In this document: piece after piece, positions 20,281-30,476 of the stretch
Numbering within the stretch: the stretch's first letter is position 1
Layout of the letters: every line of letters starts with the position of its first letter
NCBI GenBank assembly: GCA_963674755.2
Contig: CAXXVS010000003.1
Coordinates: 448,001 to 512,000 of the forward strand
Origin: Desulfobacterales bacterium
GTDB taxonomy: Bacteria; Desulfobacterota; Desulfobacteria; Desulfobacterales; UBA5852
Direction: 5' to 3'
Length of the DNA: 64,000 nucleotides
Notes under the pieces: generated by a model
Told to the model about the DNA's origin: nothing
What the model saw: the letters and a program-made list of their open reading frames with translations, nothing else
The model's database searches: none
Program-made: the position numbers and the translations under genes

Positions 20281-20694
20281 TTATACGGTTTGATCAAAGT
20301 CCATACCGACATCGGGGATGGGGCGCAGGTTTTTTTCTCGGTCCACGCATACCAGATGAATTTCGGCCTTGACGGCGGCTTTGGCCGCGCCCGGCCGCCA
20401 GGCTTCCTGGTGCCAGATCAGCCGATAGTCGCTTTCTTTGTATACGGTCGATACGATATCCAGGGTGTCGCCGAACTCGGCCCCGTCCAGAAAGTTGAGG
20501 CCGGCCTTGTAAACGGCAAAACCCAGCCCCTTTTCCTTCCAGAGGGCTGCCAGGGCCGCCGGCCCGATGACCCCTTCCCGGGCCCGCTCGAAGTATTTGA
20601 GGTAATTGGCATGGTAGACCACACCGGAGTGATCGGTGTCTTCGTAATAGACCTGTACTTTGAAATGATAGGTTTTTGGCGGCATGGCAGCCAT
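20281..20694 (-). CDS. YbgC/FadM-family acyl-CoA thioesterase
   Basis: VYYEDTDHSGVVYHANYLKYFERAR. Confidence 0.88.
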   Translation of the reverse strand: MAAMPPKTYHFKVQVYYEDTDHSGVVYHANYLKYFERAREGVIGPAALAALWKEKGLGFAVYKAGLNFLDGAEFGDTLDIVSTVYKESDYRLIWHQEAWRPGAAKAAVKAEIHLVCVDREKNLRPIPDVGMDFDQTV

Positions 20695-20760
20695 CCCGTA
20701 GCATGGGTTAAGAGAAGGGCGCCCTTGTGATGTTGTCTCTACCGATAACCACGTCGCCCT

Positions 20761-21420
20761 TCATCGTGCGTTAGGGGCGCCGTCCCGGCGGGTGACCACA
20801 AAGATTCCGATATGGGCCAGCAGGTTGGCGCCGCGGCGCGCCAGCCAATGTCCGCGCCACTGGTTGAGGATCAGAAGATGTTCCGATACGATGCGCAGGT
20901 TTTCTTCACGGCAGAAGGCCCGGAAATCTTTTATGGTCAACACCCGGATATTGGGCGTGTTGTACCACTCGAAGGGCAGCGCGGAGGATTTGGGGGCCCG
21001 GCCGCCAAAGAATAGTCCGCTACGCAGCGCCAAATGCCCGAAGTTGGGGAAACCCACGATGCCAAACCGGCCGATGCGCATCATCTCCCGTAAAACGATC
21101 TGGGGATGTTTCACCACCTGGAGGGTCTGGTTCAAGATGACGTAGTCGTAAGCCTGGTCCGCGAAATCCGCCAGGCCGTCATCCAGATCGCCCTGATAGA
21201 CCGGCAACCCCAACGACATCCCGCGCACCAGCCGCTCGCCATCGATATCCACGCCCCGTCCGCGGACATTCTTGCGGGTCACCAGCTCCCCCAGCAGGGA
21301 GCAGTCGCCACAGCCCAGATCCAGCACCTGGGCACCCTCGGGTATGAGCGCGGCAATAATGTCCACATCGGTCTGGCTGAGGGTGTTGACGTAGTTGACG
21401 CGTCGCGGATCATTCGGCAA
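20761..21420 (-). CDS. metW: Methionine biosynthesis protein MetW
   Basis: VLDLGCGD, YDYVILNQTLQ, FPNFGH, LPFEWYNTPNIR; directly downstream of metX. Confidence 0.9.
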   Translation of the reverse strand: MPNDPRRVNYVNTLSQTDVDIIAALIPEGAQVLDLGCGDCSLLGELVTRKNVRGRGVDIDGERLVRGMSLGLPVYQGDLDDGLADFADQAYDYVILNQTLQVVKHPQIVLREMMRIGRFGIVGFPNFGHLALRSGLFFGGRAPKSSALPFEWYNTPNIRVLTIKDFRAFCREENLRIVSEHLLILNQWRGHWLARRGANLLAHIGIFVVTRRDGAPNAR

Positions 21421-22564
21421 GGGGTCGGCTCCTTTGGCTGCCGTCCAGAAAGGCGGCCGTGATGCGGGTGAGGCGCTCGGTTTCGATCAGGAAGGCGTCG
21501 TGTCCATGGGGGGAATCAACTTCGATGAAGGATACATCCCGGTCGCCGGCGGTCAAGGCCTGTACGATCTCCCTGGACTGCCGGGTGGGGAACAGCCAGT
21601 CCGAGTTGTAGGAAATCAAAAGGAAGCGGGACGGCATTTGGGCAAACGCCTCTTTGAGCGGTCCGTAGGTGCGCACGATATCGAAATAGTCCATGGCTTT
21701 GGTGATATAGATATAGCTGTTGGCGTCGAAACGTTCGGTAAACCGGGTTCCCTGGTGATTCAAGTAGGATTCCACGGCAAATTCGTGGTTGATGTCGTAG
21801 CTCAAGCGGTCGGCCGATTGCAACCGGCGGCCGAACTTGTGGTTGAGCGAAATTTCGGAGAGGTAGGTGATATGGGCCACCATGCGGGCGCTGGCCAGGC
21901 CGCGCACCGGGCCGGCCGTACCGTAGAAGTGTCCCCCCTGCCAGTCGGGATCGCTGGTGATGGCGTGCCGGCCGACGGCATTGAAGGCGATGCCCTGGAC
22001 GGAAAGGTTGGCGCCGGCGGCAATGCTGATAACGGAATGGACATGGGTCGGATAGCGCAGAGCCCATTCCAGGGCCTGGAAGCCGCCCATGGAGCCGCCG
22101 GCCACGCAGAAGAGTTTTTCGATGCCCAAATGCTCGGTTAGCCGCTTCTGGGCTTCCACCATGTCGCCGATGGTAATGAGCGGGAAATCACTGCCGTAAG
22201 GGTTGCCGGTGGCAGGATTGGTCGTGTTGGGTCCGGTGGAGCCCTTGCAGCCCCCGATCACGTTGGCGCAGATGACCCAGTAGCGTTCGGTATCGAAGGC
22301 CTTGCCCGGGCCGATCATGCTGTCCCACCATCCCACGCGCTTGTCGTGGGGGGTGTGAATACCGGCCGCATGGGCGTCGCCGGAAAGGGCATGGCAGATC
22401 AATACGGCGTTGGAGCGGTCCGCATTGGGCCGGCCGTAGGTTTCATAGACCTGCTCCACCGGTTCCAGCATCCGGCCGGAGTCCAGCACCAGAGGATCTT
22501 GCGGGCTTCCGAAAACATAGCGCTGGGGCTCCACCAAGCCCACCGACTGGCGTTCGATCAACAT
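21410..22564 (-). CDS. metX: Homoserine O-acyltransferase MetX
   Basis: CHALSGDAH, GGCKGSTGP, GGSMGG, RFDANSY, HGHDAFL. Confidence 0.93.
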   Translation of the reverse strand: MLIERQSVGLVEPQRYVFGSPQDPLVLDSGRMLEPVEQVYETYGRPNADRSNAVLICHALSGDAHAAGIHTPHDKRVGWWDSMIGPGKAFDTERYWVICANVIGGCKGSTGPNTTNPATGNPYGSDFPLITIGDMVEAQKRLTEHLGIEKLFCVAGGSMGGFQALEWALRYPTHVHSVISIAAGANLSVQGIAFNAVGRHAITSDPDWQGGHFYGTAGPVRGLASARMVAHITYLSEISLNHKFGRRLQSADRLSYDINHEFAVESYLNHQGTRFTERFDANSYIYITKAMDYFDIVRTYGPLKEAFAQMPSRFLLISYNSDWLFPTRQSREIVQALTAGDRDVSFIEVDSPHGHDAFLIETERLTRITAAFLDGSQRSRPLAE

Positions 22565-22631
22565 CTTGTCTGCGTTCCTCCAAACGGTCTGCCGCAGGGG
22601 CTTGGCTTTTGGCGGCAGACGCTCGTTTTAT

Positions 22632-23930
22632 TCACAGGGTGCAGGCCACGCCGGTCTCCAGGGCCTGGTGCAGATCCGCAATAATATCCTCCACGTCCTC
22701 GATCCCGATGCTGAGGCGGATAAAATCCGGTGTGACCCCGGCGGCCCGCTGCTCCGCCTCCGAGAGTTGCTCATGGGTGGTGGAGGCCGGATGAATCACA
22801 AGGGTCTTGGCATCCCCGATATTGGCCAGGTGGCTGACCAGAGAGAGGCTTTCGATAAACTTGACGGCCGCCTCCCGGCCGCCCTTGATACCGAAGCCCA
22901 CCAGGGCGCCCTGGCCCTCCGGCAGGTAGCGCTCTTTCAGGTGGTAGGTGGGCGACGATTCGAGTCCGGGGTAGCGAACCCAGGTGACGCAGGGGTGCTC
23001 TTCCAGGAAGCGCGCCACCCGCAGTGCATTTTCCGAATGTCGGGCCATGCGCAGGTGCAGCGTTTCCATCCCCTGTAGAAACAGCCAGGCATTGAAGGGG
23101 CTCATGGCGGCCCCCATGTCGCGCAAGCCCAACACGCGCGCCCGCAGGATAAAGGCCATGTCCCCGAAGGTATCCACGAAGCGCAGGCCGTGATAGGCCG
23201 GCTCCGGATCGTTGAAGGCCGGAAAGCGGCCGGAGCCGTTCCAGTCGAATTTGCCGGAATCCACGATCAGCCCGCCGATGGAGGTGCCGTGTCCGCCGAT
23301 GAATTTGGTGGCGGAATGGACCACGACGGCCGCCCCGTGTTCGATGGGCCGGTTTAAAAACGGCGTGGTTACGGTATTGTCCACCACCAGCGGGATGCCA
23401 TGCCGCCGGCCGACATCGGCAATCGCAGCGATATCGATGATATCGAGTTTGGGATTGCCGATGGTTTCGACGAAAAAGGCCCGGGTGCGATCGGTAACCG
23501 CCTTTTGCCAGGCGTCGATATCGTTGGGGGGCACGAAGGCGACCTTGATGCCCAGCTTGCCGAAGGTATGGGTAAAAAGGCTTACCGTGCCCCCATAAAG
23601 ATCGGTCGACGCCACGATTTCATCCCCGGCGCCCGCCAGGGTCAGGATGGCCAGGGTTTCAGCCGACTGCCCGGAGGCGGTCGCCAATGCGCCGACACCG
23701 CCTTCCAGGGCGGCAATTCGCTGTTCGAGGGCATCGGTGGTGGGGTTCATGATGCGGGTGTAGATATTGCCGAACTGGCGCAGGCCGAAGAGATCCGCGG
23801 CATGCTGGGTATTTTCGAAGACGTAGGATGAGGTCTGATAAATGGGCACGGCCCGGGAGTGCGTATCCTGATCCGGGGTATGCCCGGCGTGAATGGCGCG
23901 GGTTCCTAAACCAAATTGTTCTTCACTCAT
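22632..23930 (-). CDS. metY: O-acetylhomoserine aminocarboxypropyltransferase (sulfhydrylase)
   Basis: [29 protein letters not shown] (PLP Lys), [20 protein letters not shown]. Confidence 0.93.
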   Translation of the reverse strand: MSEEQFGLGTRAIHAGHTPDQDTHSRAVPIYQTSSYVFENTQHAADLFGLRQFGNIYTRIMNPTTDALEQRIAALEGGVGALATASGQSAETLAILTLAGAGDEIVASTDLYGGTVSLFTHTFGKLGIKVAFVPPNDIDAWQKAVTDRTRAFFVETIGNPKLDIIDIAAIADVGRRHGIPLVVDNTVTTPFLNRPIEHGAAVVVHSATKFIGGHGTSIGGLIVDSGKFDWNGSGRFPAFNDPEPAYHGLRFVDTFGDMAFILRARVLGLRDMGAAMSPFNAWLFLQGMETLHLRMARHSENALRVARFLEEHPCVTWVRYPGLESSPTYHLKERYLPEGQGALVGFGIKGGREAAVKFIESLSLVSHLANIGDAKTLVIHPASTTHEQLSEAEQRAAGVTPDFIRLSIGIEDVEDIIADLHQALETGVACTL

Positions 23931-24076
23931 AGGGATATTCTCCTTACGTATCAGCTAAAGTCGTATTTTCACGATCAGCGAGTTGGGCAGGTGTATGGCC
24001 CCCCCTTTATACGGCATGCCGTTAAGCGGTCCTTGTCGACCCTATAGGGGCGAGTGTTTTGCAATCTGCCGGTCAG

Positions 24077-24107
24077 AAAACGAAAAAACCTCCCGTTCGA
24101 GGGAGGT
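24077..24107 (-). terminator. Intrinsic terminator of the SAM riboswitch expression platform
   Basis: Minus strand ACCTCCC-TCGAAC-GGGAGGT-TTTTTCGTTTT. Confidence 0.85.
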
Positions 24108-24129
24108 CCGAATCCATGGGCCGTTTGCC

Positions 24130-24221
24130 CTCATGTTCCCCTTGCGGGCTGGATTTGGCACCTTGTGGATCAGGTTGCCGGGCGGTCGCAGGGCCAGTTC
24201 CCTCACGCCTCTCAACATGAA
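24130..24221 (-). ncRNA. SAM-I (S-box) riboswitch
   Basis: Minus strand TTCATG-TTGAGAGGCGTGAGGGAACTGGCCC...CCCGGCAACC...GGTGCCAAATCC...GGAA-CATGAG; upstream of metY and followed by a terminator. Confidence 0.88.
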
Positions 24222-24233
24222 TATATTCGCCAC

Positions 24234-24261
24234 ATCATAGGCCCTTTAACGATTCTGTCAA
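24234..24261 (-). promoter_or_regulatory. Sigma70 promoter of the met operon
   Basis: TTGACA-N16-TATGAT just upstream of the riboswitch. Confidence 0.65.
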
Positions 24262-24333
24262 GGGCGTTATCCGGAATAATCAGCTGCTCGGGGGATGGAA
24301 GTTAAATCAGGACGGACGTAGGAGAGCCGATCA

Positions 24334-24858
24334 TTATTCTTTCGCCATCAAACGCGCCTGCATGTCTTTGACCAGCTCCTGGTGGCGGAAATTATCCGGC
24401 TCCTTTGACAGGGCCTGCTGGCCCCAATGCAGAGCGGCGGCGTAATCGTGTTTCTGGCGGTAATTTTCAGCGATGGCATAGAGCAGATGCTGCACCGGCG
24501 CGCGGCGATGTTTAGCCGGGATGGCCAGCACTTTTTTAAAATCGGCAATGGCCCGATCCTGCCGGCCCGTCACCGAAAGGCAGCTTCCCCGGCCGATGAG
24601 GCTTTCCTCATCCCAGGGATCAACGGTCAGGGCCTGGGTATACAGGGCGATGGCATCTTTATAACGGCTTTCCACCTCGTTGATCTTGCCCAGATAAAAA
24701 TAGGGATTGTCACCGTCGGGATGGCGGTAGGCCGGGTCCCGGTCGATCACTTTTTGCAGCGCACGCACGGCCCCTAGGCCGTCCGGTTTGCGGAAGCATT
24801 TGCGGCCTTCCTCGAAAAGCCTGGCGATATCGTCGTCGGAGGGTGCTTTTCCAGTCAT
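24334..24858 (-). CDS. TPR-repeat protein
   Basis: PYFYLG...AIALYTQAL...LIGRG...AIADFKKVL repeats; start taken at MTGK 24858. Confidence 0.75.
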   Translation of the reverse strand: MTGKAPSDDDIARLFEEGRKCFRKPDGLGAVRALQKVIDRDPAYRHPDGDNPYFYLGKINEVESRYKDAIALYTQALTVDPWDEESLIGRGSCLSVTGRQDRAIADFKKVLAIPAKHRRAPVQHLLYAIAENYRQKHDYAAALHWGQQALSKEPDNFRHQELVKDMQARLMAKE

Positions 24859-25131
24859 CCGGGGCTCCAGGGCTTGTCGTGGGAGGAAGAGAGCGGGATA
24901 TGGCATCACCCTACTGGATTCGTCCGGCGAAGTCCAATCCTTTTCCACCCGATGGCAGGCAGGCCTTCGACGGTCGTCTCGCCAGTCCCTAAAGAAGTCG
25001 GTGCAATGACCGATAGGACTACAGAGGGTATGCCGTGGCCATTGACATCCGCTTGGTCATCCCGGGGCGCGGATTGTGAACGGAACTCGGCCTGCAAAGG
25101 CGCACCACCTATTGAAGAGTGAACGATAGCG

Positions 25132-27951
25132 ATGACTTTTGACCTCACCCTGTTACCGATGGTTGCTTCCCTGATCGTGGCGGTGCTTTGCCTGACGTTC
25201 GGCCTGTTCCAAGCCGTGATCGTACTTAAGCGGCCTGAATTCAACTGGAACAAATGGGGTGCCGCTCTTTCCTTCCTTACAGCCGTCTTTGCGGTGACGG
25301 TCTTCGCCCAGTATAATCTGCCCGCCGTACCGGCCAATACCTTGTGCGAACGCATCCAATACACGGTCTTTATTTTGCTGGCCCACGCCCTGTTCGGGTT
25401 TACGGCCGCTTTTCTGGGCATCGAGGGCCGCCGCCGTCACCGGCTCCTGCTGCTATGGCATGCGGTCCTGTTAGGTTTGCTGTGGTCGACCCATCTCATT
25501 GTGAGCGATAATTTCGTAACCCGCCATCATCTCTGGCTCTCCCGGCCCTATGTCGAACCGGCGCTGGGCAAACTGGGCACCGTCTACCTGCTGTATGCGT
25601 TCGGCATGGCGTTGGCCGTTCTGGCAATCTGGCTCAAGCCCGAATACCGGCAGCGTCCCGGCCGCACGGGATTTGTGATCAGCTTTGTCGTATGGAGTCT
25701 CCTGGGGCTCCATGACATTATCGGAACCCTTGGGGTTCCGGTAGGCCAGTTTCTGATGGAATTCGGATTTCTGGGCTTCAGCCTGACGATCGTGTGGCTT
25801 TCCGCCGAAAAATACCTGGAAATGTACCAACGGGTGGAAACTAGTGAAAACGCCCTGAGAAGAGCCGAAAACAATCTGCGGCATAAAGTCCGGGAGCGGA
25901 CTGCGGAAATCACCCGATCCAACCGGGAACTCAAAGCGGAAATCAAAGACCGCAAGCACGTCGAGAAAGCGTTGCGGGAAAGTGACGAAACTTTCCGGGC
26001 ACTGATTGCCAATATTTTCGATGTGATCGCGATTCTTGACGCTCGGGGGGGGCACATTCGTTACACAAGCCCCAGCATTACGCGCCATTTCGGCTGGGAG
26101 CCGGGTGCCCTCGTGGGCCGTCGCGCCGGCGATCTGGTGCACCCGGACGACCTGGACCATGTTCAGCATCATATTAAGGGGCTCCTTGGCACGCCGGGTG
26201 CTTCCCGGACGATTCGCTGTCGTTACCAGGCACGGGACGGCTCTTACCGGCAAATTGAGTTGATTGCCGTCAACAGGCTCGACAACCAAAGGATCAATGG
26301 CATTCTGATCAACTTTCGGGATATATCGGACCGGATCGCCTCCGAAAAAGCGCTTAAAGCCAGCGAACGACGTCTGCGCAAGGCCCAGGCTATGGCCCAT
26401 GTGGGTTACTGGGAGCTTGATCCGAGGGACCAGTCGATCCGGGGCTCGGAGGAGTGGTTTCGGCTCTATGGACTGGATCGATCATCGTCCAAAGTTACGC
26501 TGCATAAGGTTCGAGCGCTCATCGTGGAGGAAGACCGCGAGCGAGTGCGCCAGGCGCTTGACGATCTTATCCAGCACCACATCGATTATGATGTTGTGTT
26601 CAGGCTTCGTCGTGCCAACGACAACCAGCTGATATGGCTGCACTCCAAAGCCGAACTCATTTTCCGTTCGAGCGGCCAGGATCCCGTTGTTTCCGGTGTC
26701 ATTCAGGATATAACGGCGACCAAGCGTGCCGAAGAAGAAAAGAGCTTGTTGGAAAACCAACTTCGCCAGGCCCAGAAAATGGAATCCATCGGAACCCTGG
26801 CTGGTGGCATTGCCCACGATTTCAACAATATTCTGTCGCCGATCATCGGTTTTACTGAAATGACGGCCGCAGAACTGCCCCCCGGCAGCCAGGCGCGCGC
26901 CAATCTGGAAGAAGTCCTCACGGCTGCCCAGCGTGCCAAAGAGATGGTGCGCCACATTCTGACCTTCAGCCGCCAGGATACCCAGGAAATGAAGGCCATG
27001 AAAATGTTGCCGGTGGTCCAGGAATCCATGAAACTCCTGCGTTCCTCCCTGCCGTCGACGATCGACATTCAAGTGCGGCTCGAAGAAGAAACGGGATCGG
27101 TGATGGGGGACTCCACCCAGATCCATCAACTGGTGGTCAATCTTTGTACCAATGCCTACCAGGCGATGCGTGAACGGGGGGGGCAACTGGACGTCTCTCT
27201 GGCGGAGGTTGACGTCAACGCGTCCCACCAGGCGCCCGGGCGGGATTTACCGCCGGACCATTACACCTGCTTGAGCGTCGCGGACACCGGTCACGGCATC
27301 GATCAGGCCATCATCGACCGCATCTTCGAGCCGTATTTCACCACCAAGGGTCCTGCGGAAGGTACGGGTATGGGGTTGTCCATGGTGCATGGCATTGTCA
27401 AGCGACACCAGGGGCACATTACCGTGGACAGCACCTTGGGCCGGGGGACGACGTTTCGGGTCTACATCCCCCAGATGGCCAGCGTGGATGAAACGACCCT
27501 TCAAGAAACCACGGAGTTTGTCCCCCTCGGCCACGAACACATCCTCCTGGTGGACGACGAGCCCCAGCTGCTGGCTATGCAGGGGCAGATTCTGGAGCGT
27601 TTGGGGTACGATGTCACGACCATGAGCAGCAGCAAAGATGCCCTGAAGGCTTTCCGGCAGGCGCCGGAGGCCTTCGATGTGCTGATTACCGACCAGACCA
27701 TGCCAAAGCTGACCGGCGCCGCGCTGTCCGTTGAAGTTCTAAAATTGCGGCCCGAACTGCCCATTATTCTTTGCACCGGTTTCAGTGAGGCGCTTTCACC
27801 GGAAACGGCCGCCGATATGGGAATCCGGCATTATCTTCAAAAGCCGGTTCCGTTGAAAGCCCTCGCGCGGACCGTCCGTCAAGCGTTGAACCATGCGCTG
27901 GAGAAAAACATCGCTCCCCCTATGGCTTCGCAAGCGGCGGCCGCCCCTTAG
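25132..27951 (+). CDS. Hybrid sensor kinase with N-terminal 7TM region, PAS domains and receiver
   Basis: About 7 hydrophobic helices, 2 PAS/PAC, AHDFNN, GTGMGL, receiver DQTMP. Confidence 0.9.
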   Translation: MTFDLTLLPMVASLIVAVLCLTFGLFQAVIVLKRPEFNWNKWGAALSFLTAVFAVTVFAQYNLPAVPANTLCERIQYTVFILLAHALFGFTAAFLGIEGRRRHRLLLLWHAVLLGLLWSTHLIVSDNFVTRHHLWLSRPYVEPALGKLGTVYLLYAFGMALAVLAIWLKPEYRQRPGRTGFVISFVVWSLLGLHDIIGTLGVPVGQFLMEFGFLGFSLTIVWLSAEKYLEMYQRVETSENALRRAENNLRHKVRERTAEITRSNRELKAEIKDRKHVEKALRESDETFRALIANIFDVIAILDARGGHIRYTSPSITRHFGWEPGALVGRRAGDLVHPDDLDHVQHHIKGLLGTPGASRTIRCRYQARDGSYRQIELIAVNRLDNQRINGILINFRDISDRIASEKALKASERRLRKAQAMAHVGYWELDPRDQSIRGSEEWFRLYGLDRSSSKVTLHKVRALIVEEDRERVRQALDDLIQHHIDYDVVFRLRRANDNQLIWLHSKAELIFRSSGQDPVVSGVIQDITATKRAEEEKSLLENQLRQAQKMESIGTLAGGIAHDFNNILSPIIGFTEMTAAELPPGSQARANLEEVLTAAQRAKEMVRHILTFSRQDTQEMKAMKMLPVVQESMKLLRSSLPSTIDIQVRLEEETGSVMGDSTQIHQLVVNLCTNAYQAMRERGGQLDVSLAEVDVNASHQAPGRDLPPDHYTCLSVADTGHGIDQAIIDRIFEPYFTTKGPAEGTGMGLSMVHGIVKRHQGHITVDSTLGRGTTFRVYIPQMASVDETTLQETTEFVPLGHEHILLVDDEPQLLAMQGQILERLGYDVTTMSSSKDALKAFRQAPEAFDVLITDQTMPKLTGAALSVEVLKLRPELPIILCTGFSEALSPETAADMGIRHYLQKPVPLKALARTVRQALNHALEKNIAPPMASQAAAAP

Positions 27952-27995
27952 CCGGCGCTATTTTTTTCATTGTGTTGCCATGCGACGAAGCCTGT

Positions 27996-28400
27996 TCAGG
28001 GGAAAGGGTGTGTCTCTTTGCCGATGCCCACCACAACACCGGCGGCATCGATGGCCTGCACGGTGAATTCGTAGCGATGGGAGCCGCTGGGAGGGCAGGG
28101 TCCGTTGTAGCCGTTTTTGAGAGCCCCGGCCGGGATTAAGCCCGACCCGTCATAGGCCATGGTACCCCCGCCGTGGTTCCAATTGGGCACATCCCGGTCT
28201 TTAAGTTTGACATACAGGGTCTTGGTCGCGGCCGGTATGTTCGCTACGCGGATTTCCGGCGAGCGGCGGGAACACCGATCAGACGGCTGCCAGGCGAAAT
28301 CGACGGTGAGGTCGACCGCATCGGAACTCACCTGGGTGGTGGCACATCCGGCCGTAAGCAGCATTGATCCAACCATAATGAGCATCATCAATCGTTTCAT
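27996..28400 (-). CDS. YbhB/YbcL (PEBP)-family lipoprotein
   Basis: Lipobox TAGC; YNGPCPPSGSHRYEFTV motif; RBS GGAGG. Confidence 0.8.
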   Translation of the reverse strand: MKRLMMLIMVGSMLLTAGCATTQVSSDAVDLTVDFAWQPSDRCSRRSPEIRVANIPAATKTLYVKLKDRDVPNWNHGGGTMAYDGSGLIPAGALKNGYNGPCPPSGSHRYEFTVQAIDAAGVVVGIGKETHPFP

Positions 28401-28589
28401 CCCATCCTCCATCGGTTTAGCGTTTAACGAGAGAGACCGGCGAACGGGCGGGTGGCCACCGGCGGCGGGTCGGAGGAGGCCCTCCTGCACCGTATCGGTG
28501 CTTATATCACATGGAATACCTTGAACAAATCCGTTTCGTCGCCACGTGTTGGCATTCCTGACATACGTTACTTTATGTTTACATTTATA

Positions 28590-28618
28590 TTGACATTTAT
28601 GGCAGGGATTTCTATGGT
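28590..28618 (+). promoter_or_regulatory. Sigma70 promoter of the lexA cassette
   Basis: TTGACA-N17-TATGGT, 35 nt upstream of lexA. Confidence 0.65.
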
Positions 28619-28653
28619 TTTGGATAACCGGGTTTCATTCATCGGAGGATGTT

Positions 28654-29286
28654 ATGCGAGCGGAATTTACTGCCAGGCAGCAGCAGGTGCTGGACTACCT
28701 GGATGGGCAGATCCGTCGGCGGGGACGCATCCCCAGCCTGCGCGAAGCGGCAGCCGATTTGGGCGTCAGCCACGCGGCCGTGGCCCAGATCCTGAAAGCG
28801 CTGGAGGAGAAAGGCGCTGTGCGGCGTGAGGGCCGCTACAGCCGCAACCTGGTGCTGTTGAACCGGGCGCGGGAAATCACCGGCGGCCAGCGCTGGCGCG
28901 AAGTCCCGCTGATTGGCCGCATTACGGCCGGGTTGCCCATGTATGCCCAAGAGGAGTGGGACGGCAGCGTGGTGATCGATGCCGCCCTGTTTCCGGGGCG
29001 CGACCTCTTTGCTTTGCGGGTGAAAGGGGACTCCATGCGAGGGGCCGGCATTCTGGATGGGGATCTGGCCATCTGTGAGCCCCGCCAGTATGCCCAGAAC
29101 GGTGAGATCGTGGTGGCCCTTATCCGACAGGAAGACGCCACCGTCAAACGGTTTTTCCTGTGTGCCGACCATATCGAATTGCGCCCGGAGAACAGCGCTT
29201 ATCCGGTGCGGCGCTATGGTTTCGACGAGGTCCTGGTGCAGGGCAAGGTGATTGGCCTGCAGCGGGGGCCGGAGACGATGCGATGA
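28654..29286 (+). CDS. lexA: LexA repressor
   Basis: TARQQQVL...PSLRE wHTH, Ala-Gly cleavage site (ITAGLP), Ser (GDSM) and Lys (ATVKR). Confidence 0.92.
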   Translation: MRAEFTARQQQVLDYLDGQIRRRGRIPSLREAAADLGVSHAAVAQILKALEEKGAVRREGRYSRNLVLLNRAREITGGQRWREVPLIGRITAGLPMYAQEEWDGSVVIDAALFPGRDLFALRVKGDSMRGAGILDGDLAICEPRQYAQNGEIVVALIRQEDATVKRFFLCADHIELRPENSAYPVRRYGFDEVLVQGKVIGLQRGPETMR

Positions 29287-30476
29287 AGCGTATCCAATCG
29301 TTGGTAGAGCGCCATGTCATTCACATCAATGTGACGGATTTTGCTGTGGCGGTGGAGCGGGCCGCGGACCGGCGTCTGCGGGGACGCCCGATCGTCGTGG
29401 CCCCCGAGGGCGTTGCCCGGGCCGTGGTGTACGACATGAGCGAAGAAGCTTATCAGGCCGGGGTGTGCAAAGGCATGGATTTGCGCCGGGCGGTGCGCCT
29501 GTGCACCGACGCCCGCATTTTGCCGCCCCATCCGGCCCGTTACGAACGGGCCATGCAGACCCTCATCCGGCAGGCCCTGTCCTACTCCCCCCTTATCGAA
29601 CCGGGGGAGGCGGACGGCCATCTGTTCGTGGACGTCACCGGTACCGGTCGCCTTTTCGGGCCGCCGGCGGATGTGGCCTGGCGTCTGCGCCAACAGGCCC
29701 GGGCCGAGCTGGGGCTGGAGCCCGTGTGGGCCGTGGCCCCCAACAAGCTCGTGGCCAAGGTTGCCACCCGGCTGGTGAAACCCGATGGCGAATCCGTCGT
29801 GCGCGCCGGAGAGGAGGCGGCCCTTCTGGCGCCGGTTCCCCTTCACCTGGTGCCCGGCATCGAGCGCCAGGATCTGGTGCGTCTGGGCGACTTCAATTTT
29901 CGCTGCGCCGGCCAGGTGGCCGGCTTGAGCCCGGAGGTTTTGCAGATCCCGTTTGGCCGGCGGGCCCTAGATCTGTTCGAGGCGGTGCGGGGCATCGATC
30001 GTTCGCCGGTCCGGGCGGTGGATCAAAAGCCGTCCCGGGTGGTGCTGGATCATGGGTTTGCGGAAGATGCCCTGGTGGTGCCGATGGTCGAAGGGGCGCT
30101 GTACTCGCTGGTCGAACAGGCAGGGCGCATCCTGCGGCAGCGGTGTCTGGCGGCCCGGCGCGTGGCCGTGGTGCTGGATTTTTCCGACGGCCGGCGCTGT
30201 GCCCGCCAGCGGGCGGTGCGGCCGGCTACGGCCAACGACATGGCCCTGTTCGAACCGGGGTGCGCCGCTCTCCATCTGGCCTGGCAGCGTCGGGTGCGGA
30301 TTCGCCACCTGCGGCTGGTCTGCGACCGTCTGGCCTTTCCGCCGGCCCAGCAGGAATTGTTCCCGACCGATGGGGTCCGGGAGGGTCGTCGGGTCCGCCT
30401 GGTGTCTGCACTGGACGATATCCGGGAGCGGTTCGGGGAAGACGCCATACGGCTCGGCCGCACCCTAGCCGCCTGA
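29283..30476 (+). CDS. Y-family polymerase homolog, probably catalytically inactive (ImuB-like)
   Basis: DinB-like layout (HINVTDFAVAVE, NKLVAKVA, VPGI) without the catalytic acidic residues; clamp motif QQELF; LDDIRERFG end; ATGA overlap with lexA. Confidence 0.8.
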   Translation: MKRIQSLVERHVIHINVTDFAVAVERAADRRLRGRPIVVAPEGVARAVVYDMSEEAYQAGVCKGMDLRRAVRLCTDARILPPHPARYERAMQTLIRQALSYSPLIEPGEADGHLFVDVTGTGRLFGPPADVAWRLRQQARAELGLEPVWAVAPNKLVAKVATRLVKPDGESVVRAGEEAALLAPVPLHLVPGIERQDLVRLGDFNFRCAGQVAGLSPEVLQIPFGRRALDLFEAVRGIDRSPVRAVDQKPSRVVLDHGFAEDALVVPMVEGALYSLVEQAGRILRQRCLAARRVAVVLDFSDGRRCARQRAVRPATANDMALFEPGCAALHLAWQRRVRIRHLRLVCDRLAFPPAQQELFPTDGVREGRRVRLVSALDDIRERFGEDAIRLGRTLAA

